Assembly (NCBI GenBank): GCA_964016885.1
Contig: OZ024741.1
Location: forward strand, 155,682,001-155,746,000
Direction: 5' to 3'
Source: Eledone cirrhosa
Taxonomy: Eukaryota
Length of the DNA: 64,000 bases
The notes under the pieces are model-generated. The model searched no databases, had not been told where the DNA came from, and saw only the letters and a list, made by a program, of their open reading frames with translations. Numbering within the stretch: the stretch's first letter is position 1; every line of letters begins with the position of its first letter. Positions 26,440-41,090 of this stretch are shown here, one piece after another. Position numbers and translations under genes: made by a program.

Positions 26440-27074
26440 GTGTGTGTGTGTGTGTGTGTGTGTCTGTGTGTGAGTGTGTGAGCGTGTGGTGTGTATATAT
26501 ATATATATATATATAGGGTGTATCAATGTAATGATATATATATATATATTTATATATATCATTACACTGATACACACACATACATACACACACACACAGA
26601 TGTGCACAGAATGACAGCCAGACATACAGTTATTACCTACACATATTTTACAGCTGGTTCACCTAACATTATGTTTCTGTGATAATTACAAATGCATTGT
26701 CGCTAAAAGCATTCAGTTTTGACGACATCTTGGAAACCACCGCCGTCAAAGAAACACTTAGGTCTCCTTTGACAAGCGGACATTTTACTATAAAATGAAT
26801 AGCTAACATAAGCGATATACAAGTTAGTGGTTTGGGTCGTTAGAGATGCTAAAAATAGTAGTTACAGCTGTTGTCTTAGACTATTCGTCTAAATAGAGAA
26901 CCCTTTCAGTAGAACGAAACGTGAACATTATGGTATTGAACGACGAAACCATAATACAGACACATACATCCATATTTTATTCATTCCACTCCTCACTGTC
27001 ACCGTTGATTATATTTACCAGAGTAATGAACAGAGACTGCGCTGGGGTTAAATAACACTCTTAACAACGTTAAT

Positions 27075-27245
27075 TTCGGCGATGAATGATCCAGTTATTC
27101 GATCAACGAAACAGTATGCTCATGAAATTAACGTGCAAGTAGCTGAGCATTCCATAGACATATTTACCTATAAAATAATTCTCAGAGGGATTCAACGTGA
27201 CGGAGTGTGTGTTTTACAAGGCTGTCCTTTTCAATTACAGGAACA
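27075..27245 (-). mobile_element. SINE family B fragment
   Basis: GCTCATGAAATTAACGTGCAAGT. Confidence 0.5.
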
Positions 27246-27471
27246 GTCTGTGTATATTTTAATTGTTTAAAAATTATTTTTAAATGAACATGATTTTAAA
27301 AAAAATATTTTGAAATGAACGTGATCCAACGGATCACGGGTGGCCTAGTGCTTTATAAAACTATTGTATACACTGATACTGACTATGGTAGTTATATATT
27401 TCTATAATATATACTCGTACACACGTTAGTTCCAAGTGCAATCGCGATTTGTAGTCGACATATTTGCTTGA

Positions 27472-27832
27472 TAATAATAGTTTCTACTTTTGGCACAAGG
27501 CCAGCAATTATTCCAGTGTATTACTGGTACTTTATTTTATCGACCCTGTAGGGGTGAAAGGCAAAGTTAACCTCGGCGGGATTTGAACTCAGACCATAAA
27601 GGGCCATAACTCTTTGCTTGCAAAGCATGGCGTCAGACTCTCTACCGATACTGCCAATCCATCGCCCTTGATAATAATTGTTTCTACTTTTGACACAAGG
27701 CCAGCAATTATCCAGTTCATTACTGGTACTTTATTTTATCGACTCCGTAAGGATGAAAGGCAAAGTTAACCTCGACGGGATTTGAACTCAGACCGTAAAG
27801 GGGTGTAACTATGCTGGAAAGCATGGCGTTCG
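27472..27832 (-). mobile_element. Two tandem SINE family A copies
   Basis: 27472-27667 and 27672-27832, each preceded by CTTGATAATAAT. Confidence 0.8.
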
Positions 27833-28675
27833 GTTATATAATGTTATATAATAATTGTTAACGGAAGACGACGAATTGTTAGTTAATAGTAAACAGCGTA
27901 TTGGAAGGATTGTTAGAGAGCAGAGTTGCTAGAGTGTAGATTTGTTACGCTTACGACGAAATGTTTTGTGGTATTTGTTTCGACTCTTTACATTCTGAGT
28001 TCAAATCCAAGGGGTCTATTTAATCAAACTTCCTCTTTTACTGGTCTAGTACCTAAACTAGATATTATTATATATGCTGATTCCTCTAACTAAAGTGCTG
28101 TTAGTTCCTTATTGTTGGTCACCAAGAAACACTGATAACCAAACTAAAAGCCAAAAGGATACCTACAAAATTAAATAGAGTACCCTAGGTAAATGCAGTT
28201 CGTACTTCAAAGGAACTTACCTTTGCCTACAAGAGAAGTTTCGGAAAATTAGGGGACTAAAATCTCCCATAACTAAGGACGAGGTATTTAGATGTTGCCC
28301 ACACTCATATCCCATCTTCCATCAGCTTGGTAAAATACAGGCTCAGATAGCCAACATCAGCATTTCACTATGTCGGTCTCACCCCAACACTCACATCATC
28401 CATATATAAAAACGATCTGAACTTAACACAACAAACCATAAATAATACGCACATAAATGTCACACGGGCACACAGCACAAACAAAACATTCAACATATAC
28501 AAAGGCCGCCTCCGTTTAGCTCCAACTACTGCCCTCACAACACACTAAACACGACGATAATCAGCAATATGCAATATAACAGCATGAAACACAATTGCCC
28601 GCATCCATGATCTGATGACAATTCATACAAAATAACGCCCACCATCTTATCTATTTGCATACTTCGATACCCCCC

Positions 28676-28800
<125 letters not shown>

Positions 28801-28985
28801 GATAAATCTACCAAAAAATACGGTAGTGTCCAATCCGTATGAAGAACTCAATGTAATCCAAATATCATGAAAAGAGAAGATGTATTCAAAATGTTTTTCG
28901 ATGAAAATCACAGGAAAACAGAGTCAAAATAAATTAATAAAAACAATGAATAAAAACAAAGAAACAGTTCCTTATATTAATAAAT

Positions 28986-29121
28986 TCATCATTTTACGAT
29001 CGTTTCTAGGATATATATGCGTGTGTTGGTATGTATATCATATAGATCTATGTAAACATTTTACAAACTATCAGAGGAAATATACATACCTACACATATA
29101 TATGCTGTCTTCAGAAATAAT
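28986..29121 (-). ncRNA. Hammerhead ribozyme with about 100-nt stem II, sense pLTR copy
   Basis: ATTATTT-CTGAAGA-[long hairpin]-GAAA-CGATCG-TA-AAATGAT. Confidence 0.75.
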
Positions 29122-29233
29122 TGTTTCTACTTTTTGGCACAAGGCCAGCAATCACCCAGTGCATTACTGGTACTTTATTTTATCGACCCCGTAAGGATGA
29201 AAGGCAAAGTTAACCTCGGCGGGATTTGAACTC
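29119..29233 (-). mobile_element. 5'-truncated SINE family A inserted in one pLTR arm
   Basis: Absent from the equivalent site in the other arm (about 31722). Confidence 0.85.
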
Positions 29234-31720
29234 AATGATATTTGTTTATTGAAAAAAACCAACAAAGATTTAATATAATAGGGCTGTTTGGGAACAAGTT
29301 TTGAATTGACCAATAGAAAAGTAGTAAGTGGTCAAGTTCATAGAATAGTAGTAGTAGAAATTTAATTTAGGGGTAGAGGAATGCAGACTTATGTTTTGAA
29401 TAGAAAGAATACTTTGAATGAAAAGATTACTTTGGGGATGAAAAGAGGTCAAGTCGGTGAAAGGTACACGAAAATTTGATGTTATTAAAGAATAATGCTA
29501 ATGTTAAAATCGAAGGAGAATAACATGTTAGTGAGAAATACCAATCTTATTTAAAACACAAGGAATTTAGATCTATAACAAGAAATTAAATTAATTTAAT
29601 TGATAGGTATACTTATAGGGATAAATTTATATTAATTAATATAGATGTGATAAATAAGAGTTAGATGTTATTAAAGAATGTTGTTAAAAACGAAGGAAAA
29701 CAATTTTTTGGGATAAATGTATTAGTGAGAAATAACACACTTATACACACTACAAGGAATTTAGATTCATAACAGGAAATTAAAATAGTTTATATGTATA
29801 CTTATAGGTATTCATTTTAGGAAAAGAGAGCTGTAAAATGGAAATAAAATTATGAAGTTCTCAGTAGTAAAATACTAATTATATGTTAACTAAATTTAAA
29901 AAAATTAATTATAATAATTTGTAAAATATAAGTGTAAGGTGTATATTAATTAGGTTTATAATATTTGAAAGTTCTTCTAATTCTATGATTACACGATACA
30001 ATTAATTCTTGACGCTTATTTAATAGGATATCCTTAGATTTCATTATTTCAAAAAGTTCCAGGGATATATCTGTTATTTTGATAAGGGGTGGCCCTTTTG
30101 AGCACACTCCAGGTCAGGTTATAATCGATATTCTTTTTTCTATAATTATTAATTATTTCAGCCAAGGATGTTATATTAGCTAATGCGGCATTTTTAAAAC
30201 TATGTTTGCGGGTATTAAACCTTACTTTAAATTGGTTAGAAGTAGCACCTATATATGAATAAGTTGAGTCCTTAGTGCTAATTTTACATTTATATACTAT
30301 GTTATTAATAAGACAATTTCCTTTTAATGGGCAATTTCCTTTGTTTCTACAGTTACAACCATTCGTGAATATTATATCAAGGGAGTTAGTCAAATTTGGT
30401 GTGGAATTTACGCGACTTGTTATATGTGAAGGAAATGGTGGTTTGCTGCGGTTTATTTTAGTATTATGGTTAGTTTAATGTGTTGGTGGTATATTCATAT
30501 TTTTTTTTACATTTATATGCATTGTAGGCACTTATATTTTGTTGTATATTTTTGGTAGTGGAGTAGGAAAATTTGACCGTTGATCTATTTGAAATTTGAT
30601 GGTATTTATGGTTTGGCGGGAAGTTTTTCTCTAGGACAGTAAAAACATTTTTGGGATATTATCTTTAATTTGTAGATTAAATGGAACATTATACCAGGTA
30701 ACTCGTCTATTACGGTTTCGATGTTGTTTTTTTATATTTATACGATGTATCAGGATGTTTACTAAGAGAGTTAGTATTAGTGAATTTATTATATATAGAT
30801 TTAGGTGTTTTAGTCTGATTATTAGGAATTTTGTTAGTAATGTTATTAACGTATATTGGAGTATTAGGATGAATGGTTTTTTTGAAAGTTATTATATTGT
30901 ATGTGAGAAGAGGTAGAGAAATTAAGTTTTAAGTTGGTATTTTGGGGTATAGTGTGAGTGGCTTTTAGGTGTGTGTTTTTCATTTGGTGTTTATTGGTAA
31001 TATTGGGTTGTATGTTTGAAGTATTATTGGTTCAAGGTATATAGACTAATTTGTTTTTGTGGCCGCTTCTAGCTAAAAGGTCGCATTTTTATCGAATACA
31101 TCCTGGTTAGATGAAAAGTTAGAAATTCTGAGTGAGATATTATATGCTAGGTTTTTAAGGATAGATCTAGGGTGATTGGAATGTGAGTGTATGTAATGTA
31201 AGTTTTGGTTAGGTTTATGGTAAGGTTGGTAGATACCCGTAGATAAGTCTAAGGTTATATCAACATTCTTTAATAACATCTAACTCTTATTTATCACATC
31301 TATATTAATTAATATAAATTTATCCCTATAAGTATACCTATCAATTAAATTAATTTAATTTCTTGTTATAGATCTAAATTCCTTGTGTTTTAAATAAGAT
31401 TGGTATTTCTCACTAACACATTTACCCTAAAATGTTATTCTCCTTCGATTTTAACATTAGCATTATTCTTTAATAACATCAAATTTTCGTGTACCTTTCA
31501 CCGACTTGACCTCTTTTCATCCCCAAAGTAATCTTTTCATTCAAAGTATTCTTTCTATTCAAAACTTAAGTCTGCATTCATCTACTCATAAATTAAATTT
31601 CTACTACTACTATTCTATGAACTTGACCACTTACTACTTTTCTATTGGTCAATTCAAAACTTGTTCCCAAACAGACCTATTATATTAAATCATTGTTGGA
31701 TTTTTTTCAATAAACAAATA

Positions 31721-31858
31721 TCATTATTTCTGAAGACAGCATATATATGTGTAAGTATGTATATTTCCTCTGATAGTTTGTAAAATGTTTACATAGATCT
31801 ATATGATATACATACCAACACACACATATATATCCTAGAAACGAACGTAAAATGATGA
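31721..31858 (+). ncRNA. Hammerhead ribozyme with 101-nt stem II, inverted pLTR copy
   Basis: TCATTATTT-CTGAAGA-...ATATATATGTGT..GTATGTATAT...ATATACATAC..ACACATATATAT...-GAAA-CGAACG-TA-AAATGATGA; 9-bp stem I. Confidence 0.72.
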
Positions 31859-31924
31859 ATTTTTTTAATATAAGGAACTGATTCTTTGTTTTTATTCATT
31901 GTTTTTTATTAATTTATATATATA

Positions 31925-33300
31925 TATAAAGAAAAAAAGATAAAATCGAAAATGCAACTGGAGTCTTATTTAAAAAAATATATATATATTTATTTGGTTC
32001 CTTTACCGGTTTCGCAGTTTTTCTGCTTTTCAAAAGTAGAGTTGAGATGGAGGGTCTGTTGTTTATTTCACATCTGGTTGGTCTTAGAATGTTACTTGTT
32101 TTATATGGAAAAAAGTGGCTCGAAACGCCAGCTGTTTAGAGAAGTAATTTGATTGGTTGGTCAATAAGTATAATAAATTTCGCGCCAGTTCGCGTTACAA
32201 AGTTCTTCAAACAAGGGGGGGGGGGGGGGCGTTGCTCAGGTTGTTTTTTCATATATGAGTGAAGTCACGTGAATAAGCAGATCAGCTCTCGCGTCAGTTT
32301 GTTTGAATTTCTTTTTACTTTAAAAAAAGTGGCTCACGAAGGCTTTTTTTAAATAAATGTAATTTGTTTGGTTATAAATAAAATTATGACTGTCACGTGA
32401 ACAAGCTCATTAAAATTCGTGCCCGTATTTAGGAATTTATTTTGTAGCCTTTTAGAGAATTTTATGACAAACAAAAGATAATGGTCAAGAGAAATGGGAT
32501 GGGAGAATTGTTCTGGTTCAGTGAATATGGCTGGTTCGCTGGGGTGTCAGAATTCAGACTTTCTATTGAAATAAAGATAATAGAGATATGTATCTTTATT
32601 TGTGTGCTTGTCTGTGTGTATGTGTGTGTGTGTATAGGAAGATGATTCTATTAGTAAAAATGGGGGAGGGAGTTGTGCGTGTGTGTATATTGGTGTTATG
32701 TGTGTGTGTGTGTGTGGGGGGGGGGGAGTATATTAAGATGGAGAGAATATATACATTTTGTGTGTGTGTATGTTTGTAGGAAAGTGATTCTATTAGTAGA
32801 AATGGGGGAGGGAGTCGTGAGCCCCTTTTTTTAAGTAAAAAGAAATTCAAACAAACTGGCGCGAAAGCTGATGTCCTCATTCACGAGACTGCATGAACCA
32901 ACCAAACTTCACTCATATATGAAAAAACAACCTGAGCCCCCTCCCCCTTGTTTGAAGAACTTTGTAACGCGAACTGGCACGAAATTTATTATACTTATTG
33001 ACCAACCAATCAAATTACTTCTCTAAAAACCTGGCGTTTCGAGCCACTTTTTTTCCATATAAAACAGAAGTAACATTCAAAGACCAACCAGATGTGAGAA
33101 AAACCACAGACCCTCCATCTCAACTCACCTTTTGAAAAGCAGAAGAACTGCGAAACCGGTAAAGGAACCAAATAAATATATATATTTAAAAAAAAATAAG
33201 ACTCCAGTTGCATTTTCGATTTCATCTTTTTTTCTTTATACTTTCACTCGTGTAGGACACGGTTATTTTTCATTTTGTAAAAAAAACCTCACTTTCTAAT
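31925..33300. mobile_element. Inverted-arm insertion of PLE P1-related 3' region, no ORF
   Basis: 31925-32335 is the reverse complement of about 32825-33240; 32150-32815 matches 6180-6830 in reverse. Confidence 0.8.
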
Positions 33301-33327
33301 ATATATATATATAAATAAATAAATAAA

Positions 33328-33387
<60 letters not shown>

Positions 33388-33504
33388 GGTAAACATTGAT
33401 GCAATTCAATTCAAGCACTCAACGTACTTTTTCCACATAGGAGTGACGGAGTAAATATCGAATAAGTAAAAGCGAAAAACATCTGAAACTACTTCGCTTT
33501 TACT

Positions 33505-33750
<246 letters not shown>

Positions 33751-34250
33751 ATATATATATATTAAAGAAGAGATATGTATCATAAGAAAGGAGGAGAGAG
33801 AAGAAAGTGTGATACAGTATACTAGACGCCAATAGCAGAAGCGAGGTGTGCTCAATACTTAGGCGTGCGGTGTTAAATATACAAAGATTAATATTTAATG
33901 AAGATTAAGCGGAGAAGATAAGCAGAGCAAGTATAAACAGAATACATTGAATTCATCGTTATAAGCTATGCACTCTGATGTCTATTTACTTCTCCTTTAG
34001 AGGTATTTTTATCCAATGAATGATTAGTTGGACTAACCTCAGATAACTTCAATATAAACAATTCTTTCTTCTCTGCAGATTCTATACTAATACTATATAA
34101 TAACAACGTATATACGTGTGTACACGCACAAATATATGTGTGAGCTTGTTACTCTGTATTGTATAGATGAAACAGTGTGTCAGATGTACAGTTTTGTTTT
34201 AAACGTATAACCTTCTCCATTTATTCTGTTTATATAAATATATGTATATG

Positions 34251-34292
<42 letters not shown>

Positions 34293-34295
<3 letters not shown>

Positions 34296-35021
34296 AGACA
34301 GGGGGGGGGGAATGGCTTCACTTGTGCTTTCAACAAATTTATTTTCTTCACAAAATCCAAAAAGATTTTTTTTTTTCCGGATTAGAAAAAAAAAAAAAAA
34401 AAAATTATAAATTGAGTCGTTGGTTGTTGGTTAGGTCTTAAGAGTTCTTGGTTAATGTAGGAGGTATTGTTTCGTTTTTAGAAAGACCTTTCACGCTGAG
34501 GTGCGCTTGTCAAACTGATGTGTATGTGGTGTGTTGTTCTATATATAGGGATTTAACATGTTTGTGGTGCGGTGGGTTTTTTTTTTCTCCCCCTTTAATA
34601 AGTGTAGGGGTGTAGGTGTGTTGAACAAATGTTAATAGCAGTAATGAGTTGAGACAGTGAGTAGGGTTGGGTGGGGAGAAATGTAGCAAGCGCGGCCTGC
34701 CCCGGTCATTCTCGAAAAATTCCTTTATTCAGGGGAAAAAGCTTTTAGTATTCCTTTGTATCGAAGATGGTCATAGGAAAACCGCACCTGCCAAGCTTGT
34801 AAACAAATATTCTTTTTCTGAAGAATTTTTCTACGTCCATCCCAAAATTAGTCCTTTGTTCGACACACACATATGTGCGTATATACGTACATACACACAT
34901 GGGCATATGTAGGAATATATAGGCACACACCATCAATCACACACCCATGTATATATACATCCACATACATACATAAAAACATATAACGACACATATAAAA
35001 ACACATATACATATACGTACA

Positions 35022-35065
<44 letters not shown>

Positions 35066-35180
35066 TACAGACACACACACACACACATATACATATGTCC
35101 GTATATATACATCCGTTCACACATACATGCATACACACACACACATACACACATATATATATATATAGAGAGAGAGGCAT

Positions 35181-35237
<57 letters not shown>

Positions 35238-35299
35238 AACACATACAGACACATACACACATATACATATATATATACACATATATATATATCTATCTA

Positions 35300-35335
<36 letters not shown>

Positions 35336-35392
35336 CACATACACATACACATACAAACACATACATACACACATACATACATACACATACAT

Positions 35393-35479
<87 letters not shown>

Positions 35480-36221
35480 CATACATATATTCATGTGTAC
35501 ACATAAGAAGAGGGGGGGGGTTAGTGAAATGGAATTTTACCTCCGAGTGTTAATTCATTTTTTCGTGTTAAGTAGTGGTATATACGCAAATATGTGTGTG
35601 TCGAACAAAGGACTAATTTTGGGATGGACGTAGAAACATTCTTCAGAAAAAAATAATTGTTTACAAGCTTGGCAGGTGCGGTTTGCCTATGACCATCTTC
35701 GATACAAAGGAATACTAAAAGCTTTTTCCCCTGAATAAAGGAATTTTTCGAGAATGACCGGGGCAGGCCGCGCTTGCTACATTTCTCCCTACCCAACTCT
35801 ACTCGCTGTCTCAACTCATTACTGCTATTAACATTTTTTCAACACACCTACACCCCTACACTTATTAAAGGGGTAGAAAAAACCCCCCACCGCACCACAA
35901 ACATGTTAAATCCCTATATATAGAACAGCACACCACATACACATCAGTTTGACAAGCGCACCTCAGCGTGAAAGGTCTTTCTAAAAACGAAACAATACCT
36001 CCTACGTTAACCAAGAACTCCTAAGACCTAACCAACAACCAACGACTCAATTTATAAAATTAAAAAAAAAAAATTTTTCTTTCTAATCCGGACAAAAAAA
36101 AAAAAAAAAATTCTTTTTGGATTTTGTGAAGAAAATAAATTTGTTGAAAGCACAAGTGAAGCCATTTTTTTCTTCCCCCCTGTCTTAATATACCTAACTG
36201 TACCAAGGATTACACACATTT

Positions 36222-36232
<11 letters not shown>
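34293..36232. mobile_element. About 600-bp inverted arm pair around a compound microsatellite
   Basis: 34293-34886 is the reverse complement of 35579-36187 at high identity; the right arm has an extra tail to 36230. Confidence 0.82.
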
Positions 36233-36259
<27 letters not shown>

Positions 36260-36267
<8 letters not shown>

Positions 36268-37099
36268 GTGAGGTTTTTTTTACAAAATGAAAAATAACCG
36301 AGGTGTCCTACACGAGTGAAAGTATAAAGAAAAAGAGATGAAATCGAAAATGCAACTGAAGTCTTATTTAAAAAAAAAATATATATATATTTATTTGGTT
36401 CCTTTACCGGTTTCGCAGTTCTTCTGCTTTTCAAAAGGTGAGTTGAGATGGAGGGTCTGTGGTTTTTCTCACATTTGGTTGGTCTCTGAATGTTACTTGT
36501 TTTATATGGAAAAAGTGGCTCGAAATTCCAGGTTTTTCGAGAAGTAATTTGATTGGTTTGTCAATAATTATAATAAATTTCGCGCCAGTTCGCGTTACAA
36601 TAGTTCTTCAAATAAGAGAGGGGGGGTTGTCACAGGTTGTTTTTTCATATATGAGTGTTTGAATTTCTTTTTACTTGAAAAAAGGAGGCTCACGAAGGCA
36701 AAAAAAAAGGAGGCTCACGAGGCAAAGAAAAGCCTTCGTGAGCCTCCTTTTTTCAAGTAAAAAGATATTCAAACACTCATATATGAAAAAACAACCTGTG
36801 ACAACCCCCCTCTCTTATTTGAAGAACTATTGTAACGCGAACTGGCGCGAAATTTATTATAATTATTGACAAACCAATCAAATTACTTCTCGAAAAACCT
36901 GGAATTTCGAGCCACTTTTTCCATATAAAACAAGTAACATTCAGAGACCAACCAGATGTGAGAAAAACCACAGACCCTCCATCTCAACTCACCTTTTGAA
37001 AAGCAGAAGAACTGCGAAACCGGTAAAGGAACCAAATAAATATATATATTTAAAAAAAAAAATAAGACTTCAGTTGCATTTTCGATTTCATCTCTTTTT

Positions 37100-37105
<6 letters not shown>
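36260..37105. mobile_element. Near-perfect palindrome of PLE P1-related 3' region
   Basis: 36324-36700 is the reverse complement of 36732-37105; the centre has a duplicated AAAAAAGGAGGCTCACGAAGGCAAA. Confidence 0.85.
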
Positions 37106-37154
<49 letters not shown>

Positions 37155-37299
37155 TATATATATATATACACACACACCCACACACACACCCACACACACA
37201 CACATATATATATATAAGAGAGTAATTCCATAGAATCTAGTCTAGTATACTGTATCACACTTTCTTCTCTCTCCTCCTTTCTTATGATACATATCTCTT

Positions 37300-37345
<46 letters not shown>

Positions 37346-37371
37346 ATTATATATACATACTTATATATGTA

Positions 37372-37451
<80 letters not shown>

Positions 37452-37631
37452 TAGCTAGATAAAGATAAAGAAAGAGGGAGACAGGGAGTTTAGACCAGTA
37501 AGGGCATGTTCAGCTAAGTACTCGATAGTAGCATGTAGGTATAGTGAATAGTTAGTTATCCACTCGCCGTTGAAACTGCATGAACTCAGCCGTCGGGCAC
37601 TAACTATTCATTACACACACCCACACATATG

Positions 37632-37668
<37 letters not shown>

Positions 37669-38539
37669 AACATGGTTATATATGCACATGTGCATTAAGC
37701 ATGATTACTTTTTTGGTCTATCACTTATAGATTACACACACAGACCTCCCCCCACATACACACCCACATACACACAATCTATACATTATGCACAATATAT
37801 GCATTATAAACAATTTTTCTAAATCATAAGCCCCTCCCCCCCTACAGACATACACATGCACATACACGTACGCCAAATCTATGAATTATATACACCGATA
37901 CACATACTGGCCATATGTTATACGCACCAAAGCTACGACATTGTACTTATATCACCCGTTATAGTGACAATATAAAGAACACTCAACACTCACACACACT
38001 ACCTCAAAAGACGTTTGTAAAATTACTTATCTTGCCTATAGCCAGAAGCACAGTATGCGTCTAATGAATATATACAATTGGTAACTATATTTAGAAAACT
38101 ATCTTTAAGTTGTATTGTAGAGATAAATTACAAAGTGTATTGTAACATTGTACGCAACAGGAGCCCCAAACGACAAGGAATTACACTATATAGAACATGC
38201 TGTATTGATGTAGTTGCCAGTGAAACGCTGAAAAGTTTATATTCCTTATATTTATTTATATGCAATACAAAAATAAAATAAACCTTTTCTATTATTTCGA
38301 TATTGAATTAACGTTGAATAAATAATTCATGGAGGGCGAAATAGAAAAAGAAAACTTAATGTATTTAGTCTTTGTATTTGTTTTGAGAGATTTTTGATGT
38401 CACATCGTGTGTTGAAACAAATATTTTTGTACTTTTGGGAGAGTCATACTTTCCATTCAAATACACGCACTAGTAGTGGAGGTTTCACATAAGTTTTGTT
38501 ATTAGTCAAAAATATTAAGGAGGTGGATTGGAAGAATCG

Positions 38540-38935
38540 TTACAGCTTAAACTTTGCCTTTCATCCTTAAGGCGTCGACAAAACAAAGTACCAGTAATGT
38601 ACTGGGTAATTATTGGCCTTGTGCCAAAAGTAGAAACAATATTAATCAGGAAATTGAGGCGCTCAATTGGAAGAATAGTTACAGCATTGGATAAATACTT
38701 AGCAATCCCAGTGTAAAGTACCGGTAATACACTGGAATAATTGCTGGCCTTGTGCCAAAAGTAGAAACAAATATTTGTTTCACGTTTTTACGTCCTGAGT
38801 TCAAATCCCACCACGATCAACTTTGCTTTATATCCTCCTGGATCTATCAAATAAAGTACCACTAAAATACTGGGTTAATATAATCGACTTTTCTCTCCAT
38901 ACAAATTACCGATCTTGTGCCAAAATTTGAAATAT
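38540..38935. mobile_element. Cluster of SINE family A fragments in both orientations
   Basis: CTTTGCCTTTCATCC, GCCTTGTGCCAAAAGTAGAAACAA and CTGAGTTCAAATCCC motifs. Confidence 0.65.
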
Positions 38936-39239
38936 TATAAAAAAAAAAAATTCTGGTGAATCCAGCATCAGTCTGCTGGTTAATTAACTAATTTATTAAT
39001 TGACAATATCCTTTCATCATAGTCCGTGACGTTGTCATTTAACTTGACTACATCACATTTTGTATGATTAGTTTGATTGACTGGGTGTGTTCAATATCAG
39101 AAAACGGAAGTTTCATTTAAAGCGCAGAAGCAGAAAAAAGGTAGTGAGAGAGGGAGAAGAGTGATCGCCATTGGACACAGTCATGGCTGTGCTGTTAAAC
39201 TATTTACACACACACATACACACACACACACACACACAT

Positions 39240-40035
<796 letters not shown>

Positions 40036-40143
40036 CATATATATATATATGTGTGTGTGTCTGATGGTAGCTATGCCGGTTGACCACTCTATGCTTTTGA
40101 CGCTAACACCACAGTGAGAGAATTTGATCCGAAGTTATTAGAA

Positions 40144-40228
40144 GTGTCCGACGAACCTGCAGATCCAGAATCAGACAGATCCACACAATGATCGTGTCTC
40201 GAGCTGTCTGCCGGCGAAATTGTAACAC
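40144..40228 (+). ncRNA. Hammerhead-like motif with extended stem II
   Basis: GTGT-CCGACGA-aCCtGCAGA...TCTGCcGGc-GAAA-TTG-TA-ACAC in a roughly 210-bp island between microsatellites. Confidence 0.55.
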
Positions 40229-40274
40229 ACAATAAATTGAGTTCAGTTGCATCACTGATTTTTCGTTTTATATT

Positions 40275-40367
<93 letters not shown>

Positions 40368-40860
40368 ACAATGATAGTGAGTACAATCGAAGTTGCAGCT
40401 GTGGCTAGCATCTCTCGAACGGACAATCCTCAGAAGCTTGCACGAGAACTCAATAAGATAATATCGATAAATCGATGAGTTAAATCTCAGAGTAATAAAC
40501 ATGCGTTAAGGTGTGACAAATTGAAAATTGTGGCTAGGTAAAGAATGCCACAAAGGCCACTACAACAACGAAAATACAAATAGTTTAATACGAACCTGGG
40601 CCTGATCGATAGATATTATAAAATATATTCTATTGTTTTCCGGGAATCCTAAATCAACGATCCAAACTGCGCAATATGCAAGTCAGTACTGTATCCTAAG
40701 AACAAACGCGAATTCCCTTTTTCAACAGGCATTACGTTCTGTATACCAACAGCTCAGTGAGAAACTTATGGAAACTTCAGGATTTAATTATTTTTCCTAT
40801 GTATTACGACTTTTTGTCCACCCTGTATATATACATATATACATACACACACGCACACAC

Positions 40861-41090
<230 letters not shown>

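Noticed and set aside
35945-35982. TTGACAA-GCGCacctcaGCGT-GAAA-GGTC as a hammerhead
   Set aside because: Two core mismatches in both arms and no stem I.
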